A stretch of 64,000 nucleotides of DNA from NCBI RefSeq assembly GCF_009914755.1, contig NC_060925.1, one strand, 5' to 3'. Source of the stretch: the human T2T-CHM13v2.0 reference genome, Homo sapiens. The notes beneath the pieces are model-generated. The model saw only the letters and a program-made list of their open reading frames with translations. It had not been told where the DNA came from and ran no database searches. Below are positions 24,259 through 38,414 of this stretch, one piece after another. A program made the position numbers and the translations under genes. How positions within the stretch are numbered: the first letter of the stretch is position 1; the number at the start of each line of letters is the position of its first letter.

Positions 24259-27200
24259 TGTACTATTAAATTGGTATTAATTGAAACTAGATTATTATAA
24301 GTTAAGATCCTTAATGAAATTCCAAGGACAACTGCTAAGAAAACAACTGAGAAATATTTAGTAAAAGATGATACGGGAATTAAATGTCAAAAAGAAAAAA
24401 ATCAATTTAACAAAAAAATGGCAGTAATGAAGAAAATAAGAAACAAAAAAAGACATGGAAGGTTAAAAGCATATAGCAAAATGGTAGATGTCAATTCTAC
24501 CATGTCAGTGATTACATTAAATGTAAATTGATCAAATACTACAATTAAAGTTAGAGATTGAAAGTATGGCTAAAACAATGATCCATCTAGGTGATGTTGA
24601 TACTTTAGATTTAAAGATACAAACAGATTGAAAATAAAAGGCCAGAAAAAATGTATACCAAGTAAACGGTAACACAAAGAGAGTTTGGAGTGGTTATACT
24701 AATATCAAAAATAAAAAATAGACTTTAAGACAAAAAAAAATTGTTACCGGAGAAACAAAGGGTGTTTTATAATGATAAAAATGTCAGTCCATCAAAAGGA
24801 TATAACAATTATAAACAGAACAGTGGAGCCCTAAAAATCCATAAAGTAAACAATGATAGAATTGAACAAAGAAAGAGACAACTCAATAATCAGTGTTGGT
24901 GACTTCAATACTAGATAATCAACTAGACAGGAGAACCCAGGATGTAGAAAATTTGAACAATACTGTAAATGAACTAGACCTGAAAGACACCTGTAGAACA
25001 CTCCATCAACAACAGCACGATACACATTCTTCTCAAGTGCACGTGGAACATTCTCCAAGACAGGCCATATGTTTGGCCACAAAACCCATCCTAACAAATT
25101 CGAAAGAATTGAAAACATACAAATTATGTTCTCTGACCCCAAAGAAAGGAAACTTAAAGTAAATAACAAGAAAATCTGAGAAATTCACAAATGCAGGGAA
25201 ATTAAATAACATTTCTAAACCACAAATGGGTCAAAAAAGAAATCATAAAGTAAATTAGAAAATGCTCTGTGATGAATAAAGCAAAAACAACACATATCAA
25301 CACTTAAGGAATGAAGTGAAAGTAGGACACAGAAGGAAATTTCTCATTGTAAACACCTACATTAAAAAGAAGTTCGCAAATCAGTCACTTACACTTCTAC
25401 CTTATGAAACAAAAAAAAAAAAAAGAAAATCTAAACCCAATTAAAGCAGATGGAAGAAAACATCAAAGATTAGATTCTGAATACACAAAATTGACAATAA
25501 GAAAACTAGACAAATAATCAATGAAACCAAATGCCGATTATTTTGAAAAGATCAACAAACTGACAAAATGTTAGCAATACAAACCAAGAAGAAAAAAGAG
25601 AAGAGAAATTACTACCACCAGGAATGAAAGAAGAGACATCACTAAAAACATCACAGAAATAAGAGAATATTATGAACAATTATAGGCCAACAAATTAGAA
25701 AATCAAGATGAAACAAACATTTATCAGCACATATAAAGAATTATAAACTATGAGATTTATCTCAGAATGTATGCATAGTTCAATATATGAAAATTGATCA
25801 ATATAATGTAACATAATAATATAATAAAGGGGAAAAACACATGATCATCTCAACAGACAGAAAAACTTTTGACAAAATTCAACACTCCTCATGATGAAAC
25901 ACTTAAAAATCAAAAAAAGAGGGAAACTATTTTAACCTAATAAATCTCATCTACAAAAAACCCACAGTTAACTTTATCCTTAATCATGAAAAAACTGAAC
26001 ATTTGTCACTTAAGATCATGAGAAAAGGGAAAGATATTAACTCTTGCCGCTTTCATTCAATATTGTGCTGGAGGTTGGACAAAAAAAAAGAAAAAAGAAA
26101 AAAGAAAACCCAAAAGCATCCAGATTGGAGAGAAAAAACAAAACTATCTCTATTTGCTAGAGACACGTTATATAAAAATCCTAAATAATGCACATACATG
26201 CACTCACACACAAAACTGTTAGAGTAATAAATATTTACAGCAAGGTTGTAATATACAAGTTCAATATACAGAGTCAGTTGTACATATACTAGCAATGAAT
26301 GATGTGAAAATAAAATTTAGAAAACAATTCCATATATAAATATCATTAAAACAAGTAAAATGCTTATGAATAATTTTAAAAAAAGAATTGCAAAACTAAT
26401 ACTTTGGAAACCCCAATTCATTGTTGAAATTCATGTTGAAAAAAATTGAAAAGTACCTAATCAACAGAAGGACATCACATGTTCATGGATTTGAAGACAA
26501 AATATTATTAAGATGGTGATACTTCTCAAATTAATCTACAGACTCAATGCAATCCCTATCAAAATTCCATCTGTATTATTCACTGAAATGGAAAAGTTGA
26601 TCCTAATCCATATGGAACTGCAAGAGTCCCAAAAATAGCCAAAATATCTTGGGGAAAGATAGACATATCTTATCTTTATGATGGTATCACACTATCATAC
26701 AAAGCTACAGTAATTAAGACAGTGTGATACTGACATAAAGATAGACATATCACTTAATGGAATGGAACTCAAAGTCTGTAAATAAACCTGTGCAATTTAG
26801 TTTTGACAATGGCACTAAGGTCATTTAATCAAAAGAGAATATTTTTCAACAAATTGTTTGGGGACAACTGAATATCCAGATGAAAACAAATGAATTTGGG
26901 CACATACCTCACAATGTATACAAAAAACTTCATATAAATCAGAGTCTTAAGACTATTAACTAAAACTGTACAACTCTTAGGAGAAAACAATGAGGAAAAT
27001 ATTCATAGCATTGGATTTGGCAATGATTTCATAGGCATAACACCAATAGCACAGCCAACAAAATAAAATATAGATAAATTGGGCTTCAAATCCAAAACTT
27101 TTGTTCTTCAAATGACACTATTAAGAAAGTACAAAAACCCACAAAGTGGATAACATATTTGTAAATCATATGTCTGATAAGGGATTAATATCCAGAATAT

Positions 27201-27701
27201 ATAAAGAACTCTATATAACTCAACAATTAAAAAAAAAACCCAAATAATCCAGTTTAAAATGGGCAAAGGATCTGAACAAATATTTCTCTAAACATGTAAA
27301 AATGATAAATAACCATGTAAAATGATGATCAACATAATTATTCATTAGGAAAATGCAAATCAAAGCCATAATCAAATACTACTTCACACACAGTAAAATG
27401 TCTACAATAATTTTTTAAATGGTGAAATCGTGATGAAATTAGAACCTCATGCATTTGTGAGTAGGAATGAAAAATAGTGCAACCTTTGGAGAACAGTTTG
27501 GCAGTTCCTCAAAAAGTTAAATGTAGAGCTACCATATAAACCAGCAAGTTCACTTCTTAGGTATACATCCAAGAAAACTCAAAACATATATTAATATACA
27601 AACTTGTACAAGAATGTTTATAGCAGCAGTATTTGTAATAGACAAAAAGTAGAAATAATTCCATTGTCTATCAATTGATGAAGAGATAAATAAAAGTGAC
27701 A

Positions 27702-28898
27702 CAGTCATGAAACATCTAATGTTCCTGTCAATGACAGGCCACATATATATATGAGAGTAGTCCCATAAGATTACAATGGAGCTGAAAAATTCCCATTGCC
27801 TAGTGACACTGTAGCTGTTGTAATATCACAGTACAATGCATTACTCATGCATTTGTGGTGATACTGGTGTAAACAAACCTATTGTGCTGCCAGTCACATA
27901 AAATTCTAGCATATATAATTATGTACTTTATATAACATTTGATGATGATAATAAACAACTATGTTACTGGTTTATGTATTTACTATCTTATACTTTTATC
28001 ATTATTTTAAAGTATACTCCTTCTCCTTATAAAAAAGTCTAATATAAAATAGGCTCAGGTAGGTCCTTCAGGAGGTATCTAGAAGGAGACATTGTTATCA
28101 CAGGAGATGACAGCTCCGTATGTGTTATTGCCCCTGAAGACCTTCCAGTGGGACAAGATTTGGAGGTGGAAGACAGTAATATTGATGATCCTGACCCTGT
28201 GTAGGCTTAGGCAAATGTGTGTGTTTATGTCTTCATTTTCAACAAAAAGTTTGAAAGTAAAAAAAATAATAATAATTTAAAAATAGAAAAAAGCTTACAC
28301 AATAAAAATATAAAGAAAGAATATTTTTGTATAGCTATACAATGTTTTCAAGGCAACTGTAATTATAAAGGAGTCAAAAAGTTTTAAGAAATTAGCTTAT
28401 AAAGTTAAAAAGTTATAGTAAGCTAAGGTTAATTCACTATTGAGGAAAGAAAAAATTTTAAATAAATTTAGTGGAGCCTAAGTGTACAGTGTTTCTGAAG
28501 TCTACAGTGATGTTTAGTAATGTCATAGACCTTCATATTCACTCACCACTCACTCACTCACTCACCCAGAGCAACTTCCAGTCCTGCAAGCTCCGTTTAT
28601 GGTAAGTGCCTTATGCAGGTATCATTTTTTATATTTTATACTGTAGTTTCACTATACCTTTTTTATCTTTAGATACAGAAATACTTAGCAATGTGTTACA
28701 TTTGCCTACAGTATTCACTTCAGTAACATGCTGTATGAATTTGTAGCTTAGAAGCAATGGGCTATACCATATAATCTAGGTGTATAGTAAGCTATACCAT
28801 CTAGGTTTGTGTAACTACACTCTACAATGTTGCAGGACAACAAAATCACATAATGATGCATTTTTCAATGCATCCCATTAGTAAATGTTGCTTGACTG
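27702..28898. mobile_element. Tigger3b-like (TcMar-Tigger) non-autonomous DNA transposon
   Basis: Decayed terminal inverted repeats (TIRs) CAGTCATG... / ...CTTGACTG; GTCCCATAAGATTACAATGGAGCTGAAAAATTCC; about 1.2 kb; splits the host L1 3' end. Confidence 0.88.
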
Positions 28899-30012
28899 TG
28901 TATCCATGCAATGGAACATTATTTGATCACAAAAAAAGAAATACAGTACTAATATATGCTACAACTTGGATGAACCTCAAAAATATTAGTTTAGGTGAAA
29001 AATGGCCATTTTTTATATGATTCCATTGATAAGAAATGTATAGAATAGGAACATTTGTAGAGATAGGAGATTATTTGCCAGCAACTTGGGAAGTAGGAAT
29101 GGGGTGTGACTGATAACATAAGGTTTCTTTCTGGGTTCATGAAAATCTTCTAGAGTTAGTAATGTTTGCACAATCTTGTGAATATACTAGAAACCATTGA
29201 ATTGCACACTTCTAAATGGTGAATTTTATGGTATGTGAATTATTAATACATATTAATTTATAAAGAAAGGCTCTGAAGCATAAATAAATTCTCAGGGAGA
29301 TAAGGGAAATATATAGTATTCAGAGAAATAATAAAAAATAAAAATATAAAAAGGAACTGTCCAAGAACAAAATATTAAAAACTTTTAGAAAATATTAACT
29401 TTTAGAAAAAGAAAATATATTTTTAAACAAGTTGGGTCTCAAAAGTACATCTCTATTGCACCTTTTCTCAGGAATTTACCAGAGAATGTTATCTACTAAA
29501 ACGATATTGCAAACCAAGAAGGAGGAATACATGGATACAGGAAATGGCAGATCCACTTCAGAAGAAAGAGTCAAAGAAACTCCTAGGGGAGTGTGGAAGA
29601 TCATAGGTGACAGCTGGTGTACCAGAACAGATTGAGGACAACTGCAGATCAGAAAACTCTAAGATTACATTGGTAGAATAACTGATTTACTGAATGTACT
29701 GCAAAAAGATACGGACAATCTGTGGGGTGTATGAGAATGATTTAGCAATATAAAAATACACAAAAAGTAAGCAAATTTAAAAACAAATTAATAATTAATT
29801 ACAAAAGAAAACAATCTGTACACAAAAGAGAGTACTCAAAGTATACTAAGTGGTATAGCTATGAAACATTCACTACATTTACATAGTCATAAAAATGTAA
29901 ATAATACTGATCTCACTAAAATTATTTTAGTATAATGATAACAAGATGATAGGGAAATTGAGAGAGTGTTGGGTGAGGCCAGTGTGTACGTATTTTGGCA
30001 GGGAGGGTCTTC

Positions 30013-30388
30013 TGCAGTAGATTATATTAGTATTCAGCAAATATTCACTTTTTTTGTTGCCTGGTCCCTTTGATGTAGACTTGGGCATATCATGTGCTTT
30101 GGCCAACGCAACATGTATAGAAGCAATGTGAGCAGAGGCTTTCTAGGTGCCTGTGTGGTTTGACTTGACTGTCACATGTATTTCCTCATAAGCAGAGCAT
30201 GGCCTGGGTAGTTCACTAGCTCCAGAATGACCCATGCAGCAGATCTGAAAATAACTCCACATCTTGAAGCAGAGCTCCTCACACCAATCTGTAGACTTAT
30301 AATCAAGAAGCAAACATTTGCTTATATAACCAATAATATTTAGGGGGTCCTTTGTCATGCAGTATTATTTGAGCAATCTGAAAAAATA
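30013..30388 (+). mobile_element. Old MLT1 (H/I/J-like) LTR
   Basis: GACTTGGGCATATCATGTGCTTTGGCCAA and 3' end TTTGTCATGCAGTATTATT. Confidence 0.65.
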
Positions 30389-30499
30389 GTCATCCATACC
30401 CAGCTCCTTGATTTTTAATTTTTTTAATCATGGGAATACAATAGGTTATTAAATAATTTAAAAATCAAGAGTGTATATATTGATTAAAGATATAGTGCT

Positions 30500-30663
30500 G
30501 GCCAGGAGTAGTGGCTCACACTTGTAATCTCAGCACTTTGGGAGGCTGAGGCAGGAGAATCACTCGAGCCCACGAGTTCAAGAGCAGCCTGGGCAACAAA
30601 ACAAGACTCCATCTCTGCAAACAGTTTAAAATTAGCTGGGCACAGTGGCATGCACCTATAGTC
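30500..30663 (+). mobile_element. AluJ-like left arm plus start of right arm, 3'-truncated
   Basis: GGCCAGGAGTAGTGGCTCACACTTGTAATC...ATTAGCTGGGCACAGTGGCATGCACCTATAGTC then an abrupt end with no poly(A). Confidence 0.85.
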
Positions 30664-31922
30664 ATGCTAAATGACACATGATACAGGCTAAATGACAAAA
30701 GAATTATCTAAAAAAATGAAGGTGTTTATTTTTGGAAGAGAAAAATAGAGCAAGGAGAGTGAGTTTGGGTAGCTGCTTCTTTTTTTCTTAACAAAGCTAG
30801 TAAAATTATGTGATCCTTCATATTATGTGATTGTATAACTGACAAATTAATGACTTAAAACAACAAAATATGTACATATAATAGCAGTAATTGCTATGCT
30901 AAAAGATAAAGCAAGATATTGTATCAGAATTTTGCAAAATTGAGTTGAAAATTGACCTGAGTGCTCCTTTTGGAAATTTGAATGTCAAGCAGGTAGCTTT
31001 CTGGGGGTTTGTTTAGAGTTATTTCAACTAGTTTTTAAATTATTATCTCTCCTTCAAATGATCCCTATTTGTCTTCTTAAATTTTGTAGACCACCTAATT
31101 TTCTATCACTTTTCATCCTTTAAGCATATTTTAGCTGTATATGACTAACTACATTATAGAAATAATAACTAAATAGATTAGTTATTTAAAGGAAGAATTG
31201 GGAGGGTATAGTTTATATTAAAATATTTCTCATAAATATTATCAATAACAACTAAGCTTCATTGCTGATTATGACAGTGCTATCTAATTGGGAAGATGTA
31301 TCAGAGTATTTGTAGTAATTTAGAAGAAATATGAAGCTGAGACTTTTGGCTAACCATTAGGTTCCATTCTTCATTTACATTGGTGACCTTCTCTTACTCT
31401 TTAATCCTCAGAGATGTATGCTCAGGAAAATCAAAGAACAAGGTCATGACTTAATACAGCTGTATAACTACTCAAAATGCAGTTTTAACAGCAAGTTTCT
31501 TGTCATCGCTCAAAGATATTTTAAAGCCTCAACACAAATGCTCACAAATTAATTATTTGTAATGTCCTCAATCCCCTTCTTGAATCTCTAGAGCTCCCAC
31601 ACATTTTTAACCTTCACTTCCTAATAAGTGCTAAAAAAGAATCATAGAAAAATGTCATTAATTAGATGAATTCACAGCCTTATTTTCTTTGCCTAACTGA
31701 TTTCCACAGCTTCCTGTTTGCAATCCTTTTCTTTTCCACATTTTCTCTTAACATTTCCTATTAAACCCTCTTTCCCTAAGATCTTTTGAGATGAAAAGTT
31801 CACTAGAACAGTGAGGAAGTGGAGCATTAGCCATTCCCTGACCTCTCATGGACAAACTAAAATGTACTAAAGCCTCTTCCGTTAGAACAGAATCATGCCA
31901 TTGCCTGTAATCCTAATTTTTA

Positions 31923-32285
<363 letters not shown>

Positions 32286-33899
32286 CTAGAGACTACTGAA
32301 AAAAAATAGTGTAGCACTGTTTTGAAAGACATCTTTTTTAGGTTGGTGTTTCTGCCAGAGGTCCCTTCTTTAGGTAACATATTTCAATTCAAGATAGAAG
32401 AGTGTTACTTAGAGCATAATGCCCTAGTAATCAATTTAGGTTTGAACATTTCATATATTTAGAGCTTAAGGTTTCAGTTTGGGGTATTCCTTATGAGAGT
32501 CACTTTTTGAGACAGTTTGGATCTCTCGGCATTCTGAAGATTGCATAGATTTCATGAGGCATGACAATGAGTTAGCTATAAAAGCATAAGGACTTATGGA
32601 TTCTATGTCCTATTAACTGCACATAAGTTTAAAAGAAAGGAGAGAACTGGGCTGTACAATATGCATTTCAGATTTTGCTGAATATAGAAATTTTGAAATG
32701 GCTTAAAGTGTTAGCCAAACCAAAATTCAGTTAAATTTACCCAATTCTGGTTTATACCACGGATTTAAGTCCTCTTCCCATTGGGTTGCTTCCCAGAGTG
32801 TGCATTATCTGTTGATTGCTTTGAAATATAGATCAATTTTAGCAAAAAATGATATAAACAGAAAGGAATATTTTGTTCTTCTGCATCAAAACTGAAATGC
32901 AATCTAACATATAATTTATACTCTATATCATTGGGCTTGTTTTTTGTGTAGTAAAAAAAATGTTTTTTTAGTACCTAAAAAGCTATTGTTTTGTATTATA
33001 ATAAAAACTCTATTGATGTGCATCTGTAAAAGGTTTAAAGTTATTCTCAGTGTCATTTGTCTTAATGCCTTTGATCTTACTTTCAAATTTCACTTATATT
33101 ACAGCTAATGAAATGTTACTTTAAAACTAAAAAGTATACAAACAGGTTGGCTTGTTAAATATCAGGCAAACAGATTAATGTGATTTGTTTAATTTTGCCT
33201 CTAATAACTATAACAATAGAAAAAATCCTATGTGTTTTCTCCATTTCAACTATAGTATGTAGAGCATATATGAAAGCTTTGTAACTACACGTTCGATGTG
33301 ACTACCATTATGGTCAGTGCTCTCAAATAAATTTTTATCTTTAGGAGATAAACTGCAGTATATCGTATATTTTGGTTTTAGTAACTCCCATCAAAATTCA
33401 GATAAGTATCTGAACTTTGTCATCTGAACTTTACTCGAACTATCCAAACTTCCTTTAATTTGTGATTCAAGCCTGAAAATCTCATGAGAACAGATGCTCT
33501 TGTAGGTTTTCTTTACTTCCTGCTTCCATTGTGGGAAACAGGTTTCCACAGAAATTTTTACATGCATTAAGTCTGAATGCATGATGCCTAGGGACTTTTA
33601 TCCATTCAAATTCAAATTCGATATTGTTTTTACCCAGTTGAAATTTCAGTTCTTATCTGAACTTATCTTCTCATCTGAAGAAAGCTTAGTATCTCTATTA
33701 TGTTCTAGTAGTTTTGGTCGCTGTTCTCTCCTTGAAGCTCTTTCTTTGTTAATCCTCTGTGGCATTGGTTTTTCTCAATACTCCATCTAGAAATACTTCA
33801 TCTCTTGATGCTCCAGTTGCAGTTACATCTTATCAATTTTTGCTTTGACCTTTGTTTACTCTGAATGATCCTGCATTATTTGGTATTTTCCGGACTTTT

Positions 33900-34265
33900 C
33901 ATCCACATAGTACATGTACATTGAGCACATTTTGTGTGCCTGGCACTGTTACATGCACCGAATTCAAAGCAATAAACAAAGGAAGAAAACCCCAAATCCT
34001 GCTCTCATGAAACACAACTCGTATTGGGAGTAAGCAGATAAGCAATACAAATAATTTAAATATTCAATATATTAGCTCTAAGTGCTATGTGGAGAACTAA
34101 AGCAGAGGGATGAAAGAAAGTCCTGGGAAGGGGCATAGTATTAGTAAGATTGGCAGGTAATTAAAACTTAAGGAAGTGAGGGTACAAAAAAGAGCTATCT
34201 GAAGGAAGGCCACTCAGGCAAAGAGAAAGCATCTGAAAAGACTTGGAGACTGGTGTATGCTTTGT
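33900..34265 (-). mobile_element. L2 3' fragment
   Basis: ATTGAGCACATTTTGTGTGCCTGGCACTGTT...CCTGCTCTCATG. Confidence 0.7.
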
Positions 34266-34349
34266 ATACCATTTGGCTCACTTTTCTTCTCTCTCTACAT
34301 CTTGTCTATTGCTATGGAGTAAGTTGTCAACAAATATGCTCATAACTCT

Positions 34350-34787
34350 TGTTAAATAAAATGCATAGGAAGCCACTGGTTTGGACTAAGTTCCTGCACT
34401 TAGTCCCAACAGACCAAACCAAAATGGAGGCACTCATGCTAAAGTTCCACACCCCAAGCCAAAACTGACTTCACATCTGACGTTCTGAGAAACCAGAAGC
34501 ATGAGAGATAATAGCCAAAACCCCAAACCGACCAGTTTTAATTGGTATGATAAGAAAGCCCTCCCTGCTTTTAATCTCTGCAAGAAAAGTAACTTTGAAA
34601 CAACCAATCCACTTTTTGTTCTCTGTTTCTGCTTTCATCAACCCATTTCTCTCTACAAAACCAATCTCCTCTACTAAGCCCATTGTAACACTCATTCTAT
34701 TTTATAGAATAAGGTGTTTCTAACTCTAGAATTACAAAAGCCAATTAAGATCTTGAAACTAAATTTGTTGTAATTTTATCTTTTATA
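34350..34787 (+). mobile_element. 5' LTR (MER31-like)
   Basis: TGTTAAATAAAATGCATAGG...CCAAACCAAAATGGAGGCACTCATGCT...AAATTTGTTGTAATTTTATCTTTTATA. Confidence 0.88.
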
Positions 34788-34791
34788 GTTC

Positions 34792-34809
34792 TGGCAACCA
34801 TGAAGGGAC
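34792..34809 (+). promoter_or_regulatory. Primer-binding site (PBS), tRNA-Arg(TCG) type
   Basis: TGGCAACCATGAAGGGAC, 4 nt after the 5' LTR; differs from TGGCGACCACGAAGGGAC (complement of the tRNA-Arg 3' end) only by two CpG-type transitions. Confidence 0.85.
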
Positions 34810-35130
34810 CCCAGTGACATGTCCCTTGAGGAACACAAGAGAGACACTGCTGACCCCTTTTAAGGTTCTCGGTCTTCACAGAGCCTGGGGATTGCAAGTT
34901 TCTCTTAGGTCAAATTCTGTCCTTTTTTCATTGAGCTGTTTGATCTTATGGCTTTCAAATCCAGCGTTAGCTTGTGTTGTGAGAGGGTACTTGACCTTTG
35001 GGTTTGCAGGAGCTAATGAATTACTGGCAAGAACTGCAGTTTTAAAGGTAAGTGACAGCAATTGCAGTAAGTGGTTTTTACTTCAGGAGGCACAAACACC
35101 AGCTCTTGGAATTTGCAGGCATTTGGGTAC

Positions 35131-35503
35131 TGAAATGGTTTGGCTCTGTGTCCCCACTCAAATCTTATCCCAAATTGTAATCTCTGCGTGTCAAGAGAGG
35201 AACCTGGTGGGAGGTGATTGGATCATGGGGGTGGTTTCCCTCATGCTGTTCTGATGATAGTGAGGGAATTCTCTTAGATATGATGGTTTTAGAAGTGGCA
35301 CTCCTCACCCCCACTGCAGCACGTGCTCTGTCTCCTGCTGCCATGTAAGAAGGTGCTTGCCTCTCCTTCGCCTTACGCTACGATTGTAAGTTTCCTGAGG
35401 CTTCCCCAGCCATGTGGAACTGTGAGTCAAATAACCTCTTTTGTAATTAAATTACCCAGTCTCAGGTAGTATCTTTATAGCAGTGTGAAAACGGACTAAT
35501 ACA
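35131..35503 (+). mobile_element. THE1D/MST-like MaLR solo LTR nested in the ERV
   Basis: TGAAATGGTTTGGCTCTGTGTCCCCAC...GTGTGAAAACGGACTAATACA. Confidence 0.9.
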
Positions 35504-36644
35504 GGTGTTATCTGTTTGTTTCTTTTTATTGCACACTTAAGTAAGGGAGTCTTCAGGTGTCTGACTGGGTCAGATGGAAACTGAAAAATTACTGGCTAAG
35601 TGGATCAAGGGGATCTCAGAGCCAAAACCACAACTTGACTGGTAGACATGAGTTGGGCACTTAATAGCTATAGAGTGCTTACCACCAAAAAATAAATCTC
35701 CCGTTTTAGGATAAACTGGACACAGAATGGGTTACTGCCTGTGAGGCTCAAGAAAATGCCCTTTAAACAAACTACATTGTGAAAGCATTACACAACCCAA
35801 CCCAGTGGGGTTTTCCTCTCAGGCTTTTATCTTGGCTTTGAGAGATCCAAGATTCAGTGAAAAATTAGAATCCTTAATTTCTAAAGAACTGAGTACTACA
35901 CTTTCCAGCTATTTCTGCCTTCACATATAAAAGTATTAGGAACCAGAAAATGCAAATACTTACAAAAATGATGAAATTTTACTAAAGATAATTTAAAATT
36001 ACCATGGCCATTAGGTGGAATATTCCAGATGAAGAACATTGCACTTAAAGAAGTGACTCTAAAAATGAGGGTTCCCAAATTAGGTCCATCTAGGGTCACG
36101 CCTATTGATGTGCCGAAGCTTCTGAAAAGATTTCCAAATATTTTATTGCGTCTTTTAAAGAATGCTTTTCAAAAGCAAATGAAAAGCTTAAGTGACTGAT
36201 AACAAAAATGGAATTGGCTAATCTTTTGCTTAGTTACTATCCTATCGAAGAAGAAGGCCAAAAGAATGCTAAAGTGTTTATAAAGGTTAGGCTCTCAGGT
36301 CAAGTGGGTTTGCTTCTTTATCAGAGCTATCCATGCTGAGTCCAGGCATAAAGAATGCTTTCTTTGTCCTATTTGTTAATGGGCTCCTCCCTGGAGTCAT
36401 TAATCTAGTAAATAAATAAACTAAATTGAAAAGACCACTCATGAAACGAAGTCAGTCTCCAAAATACACCTTTTTGGCATTTGGCTGGCTGTTCTGAAGG
36501 TTTTTGTAAAAATTTACATCTATAAAGGAAAATTCCTGGAAATTTTTACATTGAAGAGAGAACCTGGATCTAAACAAGCCTCAATTTTGACCATTTTGCC
36601 TTAACCAGGCTTTCTACCTACACCTTTCTTTGCTTAGGATAAAT

Positions 36645-36923
36645 GGGACCTTCAAAGAATAGATCATAATTTTTAACAAGTTCTGTGTGAGTGTGATGAA
36701 GTCTCCTGTCCTGTGATAAAATTCTTCTCTGGTTGCTGTAACTCCCTGGGGAAAGGGTTGATGACAATGGAGGCCCTTTGGGAAAATCTGTCTTTAGGCA
36801 GATAAGGGAAATTCAGAAAGACTCATCTTGCATTGTACTATCTTCCAAGTGCGTTTAGCTCAAAATAATATATCAAAGCAATATATTTTGGGATGGCATG
36901 TCCTGTGCCCTGAGCTCCTTCAA
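36645..36923 (-). mobile_element. Partial ERV1 LTR (MER34/MER39-like) nested in the ERV
   Basis: TTTAGCTCAAAATAATATATCAAAGCAATATATTTTGGGATGGCATGTCCTG is the antisense of a MER34-type U3 start. Confidence 0.6.
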
Positions 36924-36997
36924 CGGCTAGTTTTGTTTAAGAAGAAATTCAAGTATAATTGTTAAGAATGAGGAAATTAGGTGGACATTATGGGATA

Positions 36998-38414
36998 CAT
37001 TAGTCCTCCTTTAGCCAAGGTTTTGCTTTCTGTGGTTTTAGTTACCCAAGGTCAACTGCAGTCTGAAAATATTAAATAAAAGATTCCCAAAATAAACAAA
37101 TTATAAATTTTAAATGGCCTGCCATTTTGAGTAGCATGATGAAACCTCATGCTGTTCTGTTCCAGCCCACCCAGGATGTAAATCACCCCTTAGTTCAGCA
37201 TAAACAGGCTGTATGCATTACCTACTGGTGAGTCACTTTGTAGCCATTTCAATGATCAAATCAACTAACTGTTTTCATATCACAGTGCTAGTGTTCAAGT
37301 AACCCTAATTTTACTTAATAGTGGCCCCAAAGGGCAAGAGTAGTGATGTTGGCAATTCAGGTATGCCAACGAGAAGCATACCTGTTTGAAAGATCAGAAG
37401 GTAAAAGTTTTTGACTTAATAAAGGAAAAAAAATGTGTGTGAGGTTGCTAAGATCTATGACAATAACAAATCTCCTATTTATGAAATTGTGAAAAAGAAA
37501 AAAGAAATTTATGTATAGTGTACATAGGGTTCAGTACTATCTGTGGTTTCAAGCATCTACTGGGGGTCTTAAAACATATCTCTTGTGGATAAGGAGTGGC
37601 TACTGAAATAACCCTTACAAAGATTATAACAGTGAGAGAGAGAGGTCTAGCATAGCTGACTCTATCTTGCTTTCAGCCTCACAGGCTGGCTGTCCTTTCT
37701 CATTCCTGGACATAGGCCAAGGTAACCATGGGAGGAGTTTAGCTTATAGTTTATCTTTGAAACAAGAATGGTCATAATCCCTCCCTAAAACTGATCTCCT
37801 CATTGTCTGGGGACTGAAACTGCCTTTGTAAGACTAATGAAAGGCCACAAGATTAGGATTATGCAAGGAGCCTGAATTCTGATAAAATGTTGGTGTGTGT
37901 AGTCAAATGATAACCAGCCATTGTTTCATAGCCTGCTTTCCTGTAATCCTTTACTGCTCAAGAGTCATGAAGGCTGAGGTCACAGATTTGTAACTTCCCC
38001 ACTTGCTCCTATAGATAACATTGCTATTGTAAAACCTAAGATTGGTCTTCTGAGATGTTTTCCAGACACAACTGACTCCACCTGGACAGTTGACCCATAA
38101 CTTAATGGGTCCTGTGACCCCTCACCCAGAGGCTGACTCAGCACCTGAAGACCATTGTCCACATTCTTATAATTTCATCCCCAACCAATTAGCAGCACCC
38201 ATTCCCTAGCCCCCTGCCCACCAAATTATCCATAAAAACCCAGGCCTCTAAGTTCTCAGAGAGGCTGATTTGAATAATAATACATTCTTGTTCTTCCACT
38301 TAGCCAGCACCACAATTATTAAACTCATTCTTGGCTGCAAAAATCTGCTGTTCTTAGTGCATTGGCTTTTCTGGGCAGTGGGCAAGATGAACCCATCAGG
38401 CAATTACACTACTG
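36998..38414. mobile_element. MER44-family (Tigger7-derived) DNA transposon; its last 2 bp are displaced by an LTR insertion
   Basis: TA-CATTAGTCCTCCTTTAGCC left TIR; transposase start ATAGTGGCCCCAAAGGGCAAGAGTAGTGATG; right TIR GGATAAGGAGTGGCTAC[LTR]CTAC-TG-TA. Confidence 0.8.
37604..38408 (+). mobile_element. LTR8-family (LTR8A/B-like) ERV1 solo LTR
   Basis: TGAAATAACCCTTACAAAGATTATAACAGTGAGAG...CAGGCAATTACA; 4-bp TSD CTAC at 37600-37603 and 38409-38412. Confidence 0.85.

Larger units (their letters stand above)
16100..29260 (+). mobile_element. Near full-length old L1 (L1MB7/8-like 3' end) split by nested L1MA, Alu, MLT2B, MLT1B and Tigger3b
   Basis: ORF1 breaks at 16995 and resumes at 21991; ORF2 EN at ~24480-25200, RT/C-terminus at ~25700-27700; L1MB-type 3'UTR at 28900-29260 (GGTGAATTTTATGGTATGTGAATTA). 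Confidence 0.8.
29275..30860 (+). mobile_element. HAL1 fragments interrupted by MLT1 and a partial Alu
   Basis: GCACCTTTTCTCAGGAATTTACCAGAGAATG...AAACCAAGAAGGAGGAATACATGGATACAGGAAA matches recalled HAL1; HAL1-like 3' end at ~30740-30850. Confidence 0.7.

Noticed and set aside
34814-35254. 146-aa ORF after the PBS (gag?)
   Set aside because: No gag motifs; it is leader sequence running into a nested THE1/MST LTR.
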